From Candidatus Latescibacterota bacterium (GTDB lineage: Bacteria > Latescibacterota > UBA2968 > UBA8231): a stretch of 64,000 nt of DNA. Positions 41,083-49,788 of the stretch are shown here, one piece after another; within the stretch, counting starts at the first letter, position 1, and each line of letters begins with the position of its first letter. The stretch covers positions 1,248,001 through 1,312,000 of the forward strand of contig OZ241889.1 in the NCBI GenBank assembly GCA_965203355.1. Reading direction: 5' to 3'. The notes under the pieces are model-generated. The model did no database searches and was not told the DNA's origin. It saw only the letters and a program-made list of their open reading frames with translations. The translations under genes and the position numbers were made by a program.

Positions 41083-44000
41083 AAGCTCTGGCCAAAGCTG
41101 AAGTGAAACTTGAAGTCCGAGAAGTTGCCTTGTAGGTCCATCTGCCTAGCGAATTCAAAGTTCATCGGCAGTAAGAAGTATATTAAGAGGCCAAAGCCGA
41201 CGCTGGCGTGAACCTGCCGCGGGGAAGCCGTGATCGCGGCGTGTGGATTGTGGAAGGGCCACAGGTCGATTTCGTCGTCCTCGTTCCAAGCCATGCCCAT
41301 ATCCATAAACAGGCTGCCATCAACCGCCGGAATCAGGAAGGTGCCGGGCCAGCCAAAGAGGATGCCGCGCACAAAGGGGACGCGCAACTCGACGTTGGTC
41401 AGCAGGACCCTACTGCCGGTGAAGGCCGAGAACTGGTAGCCGCGTAGCGGGCCAGTATTGAGGTTGAAACCTGTATAGAAGGGCAGGAACCAAGTCGGCC
41501 CTCCTAGGTTGTATTCGAGGGCGTCGCGGCCCAAAGACCCCACGCTATAGGCTCGCAGGCCCAGCACCGACCAACGCCCTAGCCGCAAGTAGTGGCGATA
41601 GTCGAACTCGAGGTGCGAGAAAGAGCGTGCGGTTGCGCCCAGGCTGAGCGTGCGCCCCAGTGCGAGAAAGTAGCGCTTGCCAGCGGTGGCACCCAAAAGA
41701 CCGTAGGTAATGGAGTCGTGGACGTATGCGGTCTTGAACAGATGAGTACTGGTAGCAGTAGAATCTGATTCGTAAAAGGGACTGACCTGTTCTTCTTGCT
41801 CGCCGACATAGGTATAGCTCAAGTCGAGGCGGCGATATAGGTCGAGTGGATAGCTGGCGTTGGCCAGGGCGCCGCGCTGCTGGAGACGGCTAATGCCCCG
41901 AGCCGGGGCGCGGCCTTGGACGAGGAAGTTGCGGTTGTTGATGAAGTACTGGTTCCAATTAAAAATGGATACGTGGTATGTGGGCCGCTTGCCGTAGTAT
42001 TTGTAGCTAGCGGCAAAGTTGAAGTCATTGCTGATGTCCTGCGCGGCTACGTAATCCGTGGCCAAAACCAGCGAGTGATTGCCCAAAAGATCGCTCATGC
42101 TTAGCTGGGCAATCGACGATAAGAACCCATCGAAATAGCCCATCTGCACGGAGATGCCGTCGAATTCGAGCTTGGGGGTGTAGCGGCGCCGGCGCAGTTC
42201 CAATTCGTCGCTGTCGTCGGCGATAAGCTGGACCGCGGCCTCTTGGGATTCAGAGGGCGGCAACGGGCCGCTAGCACCGGCTAGCAGCACGGCGTCGTCC
42301 GAGATGCCCTTCTCCTTCAGGGCCGCGACGGGGATGCCGCCTTGATCGGAGAGCGCGGCAGTGCCCGGTACTAGGGACCGAACCTGAGGGATCTCTGGGG
42401 CCGGTGATGTTGCTTGGGCTGGCGGTGCCGCCGCGATCGGCGGTGTGTCTTCGGCCACGCGGGCCAGTAGCTGGGCATCTTTGCGCTTGACTTCGGGCCA
42501 TTCGGGCATGGCCATCCGGTAGAGGTGGCTGCGGCCCTTGAAATAGGTGTTGAAGACGATCTGCCGTCCGTCGGGCGAGAGGGCCGGGTTCATGATACCG
42601 CTGAGGCTGCGGGTCAGGCGAAATTCACGGCCTTCGTCTAGGTGATAGATGAAGAGGTCGTTGATTTTGTCGCGGGTGGAGACGAAGAGCAATTTGTTGC
42701 CTTCGGGTAGCCACTGAGGCCACAGGTCGTCGGTGGAACTGGAGATGGCCGTGTGCGCGGTGCCCTCCGCTAGATCGTAAATTTTGATGTCGAACTGGTT
42801 GCGGTACTTGCTGCTAAAGGCGATGCGTTGGCCGTCGGGCGACCAGTTCGGATAATCTTCGCGCTCGGGCGTGCCCGTGAGCTGACGCCGCTCGTTGAGT
42901 TGCACATCGATGATGTAGAGATCGCTCTGGCCCTGTCCGGTGCCTATAAAGGCGAGGTGGCGGCTGTCGGGCGACCAGGTTAGGCCCTCGACTAGATCCA
43001 AATCGGGCATAGTCAGGGTCTGCACGAGCTTCTTGTCGTAGAGGTTCCACAGCATGATGCGGTCGCGGGGACCTTCTTTGGCCACGAAGGCGATAGTCTG
43101 GCCGTCTTGCGCCCAAGCCACGGTGCCACTGCCGATGCTGAGGTGATCGTAGTCGGCGGCGCGCATGCTGCCGGTGATGCGCTCGACGAGCGAGGCATCG
43201 CGCAGGCGGATAATGTCCACGTGCTGCTCGATGCCATCGGAGGAATGGACGGCGAGCATGTCGCCGCTGAGCGACCAGCAGGCGCTGGAGAAGCTGTGGA
43301 TATTCTCGTGGTCCCCTATTTTTTCGGCGAATTCAGAGGTGTAGTCGCGCGTCTGCAAGAGAGGCCAGTAGGCTTTGCGCATCTGGGCCGACCAGCGCTC
43401 GTCGAGGGTTTTTAAGTCCATGCCGATCAGGCGATCCATGAGCTTGTCGGTGTCGTGCTGGCTGTCCCACAGGCGGAGGATGCGGCTGATTTTTTCGGGG
43501 CCGTACTCTTGGGCAATGTATTCCATGAGTGCGTGGCTTTGCTTGTATGCGAGGAATACGTTGCCTTGGCCCCAAGCCTGATTCATGGTTTCAATGGGGA
43601 TGAGACCGTCGGTCAGTACGGCGTCGCGGAGGACCATTTCATCGATGGTATTGCGGCCCGGAGTAGTGTATTCGGCCATGCCCTCCATCAGCCAAGTGGG
43701 CGGCTGAGCGATTGGGCTGGTAATGCGGCGAATGGGTCCTTTGTGAACGATGTCGTACTGGAAAATGTGGGTCAGCTCGTGGACGAGGACGTTGCGGAAC
43801 TCGTCGAGGTCGCCGGCAAAGGGAACTACCATGCGGAAGCGCAGCGGCTCGGCAAAGCCAGCGACACCGGGCGGCAGAAAGTCGGGGAAGATATTGGTCT
43901 GCTGAAACTGGTAGTGCGACTGGTAGATGACGACCGGCGGCCGGTGCGAAAGCTCGTGGTGCAGGATTTGGCTGATGTGATCGTAGCCTTCTTCAAGGTA

Positions 44001-44228
44001 CTCGATCGCCTGCACGGCCAGATTCTGAAATTCAGGCTCAAAGTGAAGCTCTATGTGCTCGCTTTCGAGTATTTCCCACTGGAAGTCTCGATAGCGGACC
44101 TTGTTTTTTCCGAACCCTTGCTGCAATTGCAAGGTGAGAATGTCTTGGGCGCAAAGATCTGCGGTGCCCCAAACGAGCAGGGCGGCGCAGGCGAGGCTGC
44201 GGAATTTCGTTATAGCCTGCACTTTCAC
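41079..44228 (-). CDS. Zinc peptidase-like + PD40 beta-propeller + Omp85 barrel fusion
   Basis: FGKNKVRY, HELTH...WLMEGMAEY, several WSPDG repeats, LRGY...ELRVP, C-terminal FSFGQSF. Confidence 0.85.
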   Translation of the reverse strand: MKVQAITKFRSLACAALLVWGTADLCAQDILTLQLQQGFGKNKVRYRDFQWEILESEHIELHFEPEFQNLAVQAIEYLEEGYDHISQILHHELSHRPPVVIYQSHYQFQQTNIFPDFLPPGVAGFAEPLRFRMVVPFAGDLDEFRNVLVHELTHIFQYDIVHKGPIRRITSPIAQPPTWLMEGMAEYTTPGRNTIDEMVLRDAVLTDGLIPIETMNQAWGQGNVFLAYKQSHALMEYIAQEYGPEKISRILRLWDSQHDTDKLMDRLIGMDLKTLDERWSAQMRKAYWPLLQTRDYTSEFAEKIGDHENIHSFSSACWSLSGDMLAVHSSDGIEQHVDIIRLRDASLVERITGSMRAADYDHLSIGSGTVAWAQDGQTIAFVAKEGPRDRIMLWNLYDKKLVQTLTMPDLDLVEGLTWSPDSRHLAFIGTGQGQSDLYIIDVQLNERRQLTGTPEREDYPNWSPDGQRIAFSSKYRNQFDIKIYDLAEGTAHTAISSSTDDLWPQWLPEGNKLLFVSTRDKINDLFIYHLDEGREFRLTRSLSGIMNPALSPDGRQIVFNTYFKGRSHLYRMAMPEWPEVKRKDAQLLARVAEDTPPIAAAPPAQATSPAPEIPQVRSLVPGTAALSDQGGIPVAALKEKGISDDAVLLAGASGPLPPSESQEAAVQLIADDSDELELRRRRYTPKLEFDGISVQMGYFDGFLSSIAQLSMSDLLGNHSLVLATDYVAAQDISNDFNFAASYKYYGKRPTYHVSIFNWNQYFINNRNFLVQGRAPARGISRLQQRGALANASYPLDLYRRLDLSYTYVGEQEEQVSPFYESDSTATSTHLFKTAYVHDSITYGLLGATAGKRYFLALGRTLSLGATARSFSHLEFDYRHYLRLGRWSVLGLRAYSVGSLGRDALEYNLGGPTWFLPFYTGFNLNTGPLRGYQFSAFTGSRVLLTNVELRVPFVRGILFGWPGTFLIPAVDGSLFMDMGMAWNEDDEIDLWPFHNPHAAITASPRQVHASVGFGLLIYFLLPMNFEFARQMDLQGNFSDFKFHFSFGQSF

Positions 44229-44848
44229 TCTCCCGTGGATGTGAGTGAATGGTCCGGGCGTCTGGTCCGCGGCCGAGAACCATCGTCCGGCCTGAATATA
44301 TCAAGTGTGTCTGTAGAGTCGAGACCGGCCTGTTGATATTGTTGCAAGTAGCGCAGATTGGCGGCATAGACCGCTTGGGAGGGGTTGAGGGCACGCGCCC
44401 GCTCGTAGAATTGAGCGGCTTTGTCGGTCATGCCTAGCCGCTCGTAAACGACCCCTAAGTTGTTGTGCAAACTAGCCGACAAACTGTCTTGCGCTAGGGC
44501 GCGTTCCAGGTGCGATTGGGCCTCGTTCCACATGGCGTTTTCAATGCACCAGAGCGCGTATTTGTTGACCTGCTCGATGTCTTGCAACTGCTGGCGCGAG
44601 CGCTCGGGGCGATCGACGACCACTAGCACCGGCGCGGGTTGGACGGTAGCTGCGCTCGTGGCTGTGGTGTCGGCGGCTGGGGCGTACTCGTAGCCGATGG
44701 GTCCGCTCGCCGCTGGCCGGCGCACCAGTTCCAGACAGCCATACAGACACAGCACACCCAAGCCAAAGGCCACGAGGCATACGGTATTTTTTGTAGAGTA
44801 ATTCACGCGCGATTTCTGCCTAGGCGCACGGCCATAAACGCCTTGCAC
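44225..44848 (-). CDS. TPR-containing lipoprotein
   Basis: LYGC lipobox; HNNLGVVYERLG...YERARALNP; start uncertain. Confidence 0.75.
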   Translation of the reverse strand: MQGVYGRAPRQKSRVNYSTKNTVCLVAFGLGVLCLYGCLELVRRPAASGPIGYEYAPAADTTATSAATVQPAPVLVVVDRPERSRQQLQDIEQVNKYALWCIENAMWNEAQSHLERALAQDSLSASLHNNLGVVYERLGMTDKAAQFYERARALNPSQAVYAANLRYLQQYQQAGLDSTDTLDIFRPDDGSRPRTRRPDHSLTSTGE

Positions 44849-45182
44849 CCTTGTCGTAAGCTAGTAATATAACAAACAGAAGCACTTTGAACTATTTTTC
44901 GCACTTCTGCCTTCGCGGTCCAGCTGTTCCCTGCCGACGAGCTCGTTCAATGTCCTATAGATCGGCAAAAAGGCGTGTTATGGCAGAACTTGATAAATAG
45001 ACACCAAAAAGGGAAGATTCATTCCTGCTACCGCATATGGTAATAGATGTCGCAAGAGAGCGACTTGTTCCTTTTGCCGCTGTCCACTGGCGGTCCACGA
45101 CAAGCTGCGCGGATCAACTACTTAATGCGGGCGATGCGGACGGCGGCATCGCCCGTAAAACCACTTTAGTGAGGGTCGGTCT

Positions 45183-46286
45183 ATGCTGAATCGGGTCCTT
45201 AAAATTGCGGCGATCTTGGCGTTCGCGTGGGCGTGTCCGAGCGGTGCCGAGCAGGTTCACGAGATAATTGGCTGGCGTCCTACTGGGCTGCCGCTGCTGA
45301 ATTTCAGCTCGGACGACGGCACTGGATACGGGCTGCGGGCCAACCTCTTCGAATACGACGGTCAGAGCATACCCTATCGCCGCAAATACAGCGCCCAAGT
45401 ATTTATCTCAACCAAAGGCAAGTGGGTACACCACGTACTCGTCGATACGCCCGAATTCCGGCCCGGCCAGCGGCTCGAGGTCGAACTGGTCTATGAGAAG
45501 GAGGATTTCGCCAATTACTACGGCGGCCTCAGCGACGAGGATATCGCCGGCTATTCGCAGGAGCAGAGGACGTTCCGGCAAGCCTTCCCGGAGTTCAAGG
45601 TCAAGTGGATCCGCACGCTGCGCTTCCCTTGGCGCCTGCGCGTCGGGGGGCGTTTGAGCCACAACGATATTGAGCCGAACGCCGCCGAGAGTATCCTCGC
45701 GGCCCTCGACCCCCTCGGCGCGGACGGGGGTGCCTTCGCCCAGTTTGCTGGCTCGCTGCGCTACGATACGCGCGACAACTACAACAACGCGACCTCGGGC
45801 GTGCTAGAGGAATTGTTGGTGGACTTTGGGGTTGGCGGCGGCGGCGATTACCGGGGGGCGACGCTCAGTTTTGATCACCGGCACTTCCACACCTTGAGGC
45901 GCGGACTGGTGGCCGCCAATCGCCTGCGCGTCAACTGGACCATTGGAGAGTTACCTTTCTACGAGGAACTGAACCTGGGAGGCAGCGACACGGTGCGAGG
46001 CTTGGCTCGTGCTAGGGACCGGGGCGAGGCGCGGATAGTGCTCAACGGCGAGTTGCGCTGGCACGGAGTGCCGGTATGGCGTCGCCAACACCTGTATCTG
46101 GGGCTAGTGGCCTTCGGCGACCTCGGGCAAATATTCGCCCGCGACGCGTTGCCGACGAGCGACGGATGGCGTCGCGGCAGCGGCATGGGGCTGCGTTGCC
46201 ACTGGCAGAGCACGATCGTGCGGGCCGACTACGGCACCTCGGTTGGCCGCCGGGCACTCTACATCACCTTTTCACAGGTTTTCTGA
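45183..46286 (+). CDS. Omp85/BamA-TamA family barrel without POTRA domains
   Basis: LPLLNFSSDDGTGYG, YDTRDN, LGGSDTVRG, C-terminal SQVF. Confidence 0.8.
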   Translation: MLNRVLKIAAILAFAWACPSGAEQVHEIIGWRPTGLPLLNFSSDDGTGYGLRANLFEYDGQSIPYRRKYSAQVFISTKGKWVHHVLVDTPEFRPGQRLEVELVYEKEDFANYYGGLSDEDIAGYSQEQRTFRQAFPEFKVKWIRTLRFPWRLRVGGRLSHNDIEPNAAESILAALDPLGADGGAFAQFAGSLRYDTRDNYNNATSGVLEELLVDFGVGGGGDYRGATLSFDHRHFHTLRRGLVAANRLRVNWTIGELPFYEELNLGGSDTVRGLARARDRGEARIVLNGELRWHGVPVWRRQHLYLGLVAFGDLGQIFARDALPTSDGWRRGSGMGLRCHWQSTIVRADYGTSVGRRALYITFSQVF

Positions 46287-46302
46287 GAATTCTCGGGGCC
46301 GC

Positions 46303-46989
46303 ATGGAACTGTTTTCGCCGCGCCACCTGTTCTGGATCGGGACGGCTGCGCTCTTTGCGGCAGGCTGCGCCAAGATGAGGCGGTGGCCGCCGAACAGCCG
46401 GGTTCATTCGGTCTTCCGCTGTGCGCTCTTCGCCGGGGTGCTGTTGAACGAACTCGGCTGGTTTGCCTATCGACACTTCGCGGTTGGCATTCCCCTCGCC
46501 GACAACCTGCCCCTGCACCTGTGCGACTTATCAGTATTCGTCCTGTTCGCCGGGCTGGCAACAGGTGGGAGGTTGTGGTCCGAGTTGGCGTATTACGCCG
46601 GGGTGGTCGGTGCGCTGCTGGCGGTGTGTTTCCCGGCAATCTCGGAGACCGGGGCGATCCGCCCCCTCGCCGAGATTCGCTATTTCCTGACCCATGTTGC
46701 CTTGGTCGGCGCGGGGTTCTACTTCACCTTTGGGTGCCGCTACCGCCCGCCGGCCCGGGCGATCCTGCACAGCTATATCGCCGTCCACCTCTACGCTTTG
46801 GCCATTACCCCGCTAAACCTCTATCTCGGCACTAATTATTTTTTTACGCTCTCGGCCCCGAAACAGCTCGCCTTTATCCACGCCTATCCGCACTGGCTCT
46901 TCTTAGTGGCTGTCTCGGCCATCTTTCTCGCTGTTTTCGCTCTAATGCACCTGCCGTTTGCATGGCCGCGGCGCTTGAGATACCTGTAA
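46303..46989 (+). CDS. YwaF/TMEM164-like membrane protein
   Basis: LPLHLCD, YFLTH, GTNYFF; multiple TM segments. Confidence 0.8.
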   Translation: MELFSPRHLFWIGTAALFAAGCAKMRRWPPNSRVHSVFRCALFAGVLLNELGWFAYRHFAVGIPLADNLPLHLCDLSVFVLFAGLATGGRLWSELAYYAGVVGALLAVCFPAISETGAIRPLAEIRYFLTHVALVGAGFYFTFGCRYRPPARAILHSYIAVHLYALAITPLNLYLGTNYFFTLSAPKQLAFIHAYPHWLFLVAVSAIFLAVFALMHLPFAWPRRLRYL

Positions 46990-48260
46990 TAGGTCGTGGT
47001 GCTGAGGACCAAGCAAAAAGGCGCGTATTGTGCCCAAAGAACCCACGGCTTTTCGCGCCACACGCCTTCGCTGCCGTAGCCGATTTGCACCTCGTAAGCC
47101 AAGAAAATCAAGCCGCTGAGGAGTATCCAAGCAGGGCTGGGGAAAAAGACGAGGAAGGGGAGAACCCAAAGCAAATACCAAGGATGCACGGTCGGCGAGA
47201 GCAAGACGTAAGCGCCGAGGGTTGCAAAGGCGGCTCGGTAGGGGTCGGGGTAGCGCAGCTGGACGCCGAGGGCCACGAGTGCGAAAAGGATGGTGCAGAT
47301 CCAGCGTGCGTGGGCGGCGGCGTGGGCGTCCCACGGCTGTAAGACAAAGCGAAAGAGCGAGTAGGCCGCCGCGTTGAAGTGCCAGTGCTGTACGTAAGTC
47401 GCAAGGCCCGTCGCGAGCTTTTCCCCGGCGTCGGCAAAGGGCCAAAAGGCCAAAAGGCCCAGTGTTAGAAACAGAAGCAGCGCACTCCGCTTGCGGAAGT
47501 TGAACCAATCGGCGTGCGGGCGACGCCAGAAAGCAGGTAACAGCGCGAGCGGCACTAGTTTGACCAGAAAGGCTCCGGCCAGGCCGCAGACGGCTGCGGC
47601 CCAGCGCTGGCTGTGCAGTGCGTACAGAGCCGCAAAGAGGAGCAAAACGCCCAGCGCGTCGAGGTGGCCGCTACCGGCGATTTCTATTAACGGCAGGGGA
47701 TTCCAAGCATAGAGTACGAGGCGGCGCGGGTCTTGGCCGCGGCGGACGAGGCTGTGTGCCAACAGCAGACAAAGGCCCCAATCGCAGAGCAGCAGGGCCA
47801 ATTTAAATGCGGCCGGCGTCGCGCTTAGCAGGCAAATGGCGCGAAAGAAAAGCTGCGCCAGCGGCGGGTAGATCGTGGGAATGTCAGCGTGGTTGACGCC
47901 GTGATAGAGCGCGTCGCGCAGGTGCGCCACCTGCGGTGCCGAGGGCGCGTACAGATACGGATTGATGCCAGCTAGCTGGACGCGGCCATCCCAGACGTAG
48001 CGAAAGATGTCGTCCGAAAGCGTTGCCGGGCTCCACCACAGCGTCAGGCGAAATACGAGAGCGGCCCCGAGAATCAGGTGCGGCCATCTGGGGGCTCCAC
48101 CGCTCCGCAGGACGAGATACACGGCGAGTGCGTAGCAGAGAAAAGCGGGAAAGACACCGGCCCACATCTGGGGTATTTGGCGCTGGAGATCGCCGACGAA
48201 GACCCAGTAGCAGCAACAGGCTTCAATGGCTCCGGCGAGCAGCAGCAGGCGGATGGACAC
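46884..48260 (-). CDS. GT87-like (GT-C) membrane glycosyltransferase
   Basis: LSDDIFRYVWDG, GINPY, TIYPP, AWNPL..E...SGHLD, HPWY. Confidence 0.82.
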   Translation of the reverse strand: MSIRLLLLAGAIEACCCYWVFVGDLQRQIPQMWAGVFPAFLCYALAVYLVLRSGGAPRWPHLILGAALVFRLTLWWSPATLSDDIFRYVWDGRVQLAGINPYLYAPSAPQVAHLRDALYHGVNHADIPTIYPPLAQLFFRAICLLSATPAAFKLALLLCDWGLCLLLAHSLVRRGQDPRRLVLYAWNPLPLIEIAGSGHLDALGVLLLFAALYALHSQRWAAAVCGLAGAFLVKLVPLALLPAFWRRPHADWFNFRKRSALLLFLTLGLLAFWPFADAGEKLATGLATYVQHWHFNAAAYSLFRFVLQPWDAHAAAHARWICTILFALVALGVQLRYPDPYRAAFATLGAYVLLSPTVHPWYLLWVLPFLVFFPSPAWILLSGLIFLAYEVQIGYGSEGVWREKPWVLWAQYAPFCLVLSTTTYYRYLKRRGHANGRCIRAKTARKMAETATKKSQCG

Positions 48261-48261
48261 G

Positions 48262-48771
48262 TCAGCGTTGGACGCGGCGCGCGCCGGCGTAGCGGCGATG
48301 GAAATAGGGATGATCGAGCGAGGTGATGGTGGCACCGGTGCTCATACCCACGTGGGCGAAGCTCCCTTTGCTGAGGTAAACCCCGACGTGGGAGATGCCC
48401 GGGCCTGAGGAGGTATTCCTAAAGAAAACCAGATCGCCGGGTTTGAGGTCTTTCCGGCGGCTGACGGGGTGCCCGACGCGGTATATCTCCTTGGAGGTGC
48501 GGGGCAATTCGATGCCATACGTCTTGCGAAAAATGGCGCGCACAAAGGCCGAGCAGTCCATGCCAGCGCGGGTGGTACCGCCCCACTTGTAGGGGACGCC
48601 GAGAAAGCCTTCGACGACGTGCGCGAGGCGGCTAGGGCTGGCGCGGCGTCGTTCTTTGAGTTCGCGCACCACGCTGTCCGAATCCGCAGAGTCCGCCGTA
48701 TAGCGCGGGGCCGAGCGGATTGAACAGCTACAGGTGGCCAGTAGGCACAAGAGGATCAGCAAGCGCAGCAT
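48262..48771 (-). CDS. NlpC/P60 (C40) peptidase
   Basis: LGVPYKWGG...DCS, PGDLVFF, HVGVY. Confidence 0.93.
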   Translation of the reverse strand: MLRLLILLCLLATCSCSIRSAPRYTADSADSDSVVRELKERRRASPSRLAHVVEGFLGVPYKWGGTTRAGMDCSAFVRAIFRKTYGIELPRTSKEIYRVGHPVSRRKDLKPGDLVFFRNTSSGPGISHVGVYLSKGSFAHVGMSTGATITSLDHPYFHRRYAGARRVQR

Positions 48772-48781
48772 CGGCGACTCG

Positions 48782-49636
48782 TTAGCGCGGATAGGAGAAA
48801 AATCCCCGCCCCGTCTTGCGACCCAAGGTGCCCTGCGCGACCATCTGGCGCAGCAGGGGACAGGGGCGGTATTTGGCACTGTCTAGACGCTGGGCAAACG
48901 ATTCGAGGATGTCCAAGGTTACGTCGAGTCCGACGTAGTCGGCCAAAGCTAGCGGCCCGATAGGATGGCTCGCTCCCAGCACCATCACCCGGTCGATGTC
49001 TTCGGCACTGGCCACGCCTTCGGCGAGGGCGTAGATGGCCTCATTGATCATGGGAAAGAGGATGCGGTTGACTGCAAAACCGGGACGATTGGCGACCGCG
49101 ATGGGCGTCTTACCTAGATCTTGGGCCAAGGCCATGACCGCGGCAAAGGTCTCGTCCGAAGTCGCGGTTGTGCGCACTACTTCAACTAGCGGCATGGTCG
49201 GGGGTGGGTTGAAGAAGTGCATGCCGATTACCTTGTCCGACCGCCCGGAAGCGGCGGCGAGCGCGTTGATGTCTAGGCCCGAAGTATTGCTGGCGAGGAT
49301 GGCCTCTGGCCCGGCGAATTGTCCGAGTTGGGCGAAGACCGCCCGCTTGAGGTCTAGACGTTCTGGCACCACTTCGACGACCAGGTCGGCGGTGCCTATG
49401 TCGGCGAGTTGGTCCATGCCCCGCAGCGCGGCGATGGCCGCTTCGCTGGCGTCAGGTGCTAAGCGACCTTTGGCCGCTTGTTGACGCAGACGTGCGGCGA
49501 TGGAGGCTAGCCCCTGTTCGCGGGCGCAAGCGTCTGCGTCGTAGAGCAGGACTTCCCGGCTGGCTTGGGCCAAAATTTGGGCGATACCGCGCCCCATAGT
49601 GCCCGCTCCGATGACGGCAATGCGGCTGAGATTCAT
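48782..49636 (-). CDS. 3-hydroxybutyryl/3-hydroxyacyl-CoA dehydrogenase
   Basis: VIGAGTMGRGIA, ASNTS, GMHFFNP, GPLALAD, GRKTGRGF. Confidence 0.93.
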   Translation of the reverse strand: MNLSRIAVIGAGTMGRGIAQILAQASREVLLYDADACAREQGLASIAARLRQQAAKGRLAPDASEAAIAALRGMDQLADIGTADLVVEVVPERLDLKRAVFAQLGQFAGPEAILASNTSGLDINALAAASGRSDKVIGMHFFNPPPTMPLVEVVRTTATSDETFAAVMALAQDLGKTPIAVANRPGFAVNRILFPMINEAIYALAEGVASAEDIDRVMVLGASHPIGPLALADYVGLDVTLDILESFAQRLDSAKYRPCPLLRQMVAQGTLGRKTGRGFFSYPR

Positions 49637-49788
49637 ATCGTCTTTCAGGGGTGGGTGTTCTACCCCATAATCACAAGCGGTTATTAACTCGCGGCTTACT
49701 ATTACTAATTAAATATAGTATTGCGGCGGCGAGGTGATTACCTAGATTGATTGCTCCGCCGCTAAAAAATAAAAGCAGAGGAGGATTC

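Noticed and set aside
45005-45045. Cobalamin riboswitch (AAAGGGAA seed)
   Set aside because: Downstream GGTG…TCC and CCCGCxACTGT elements are absent
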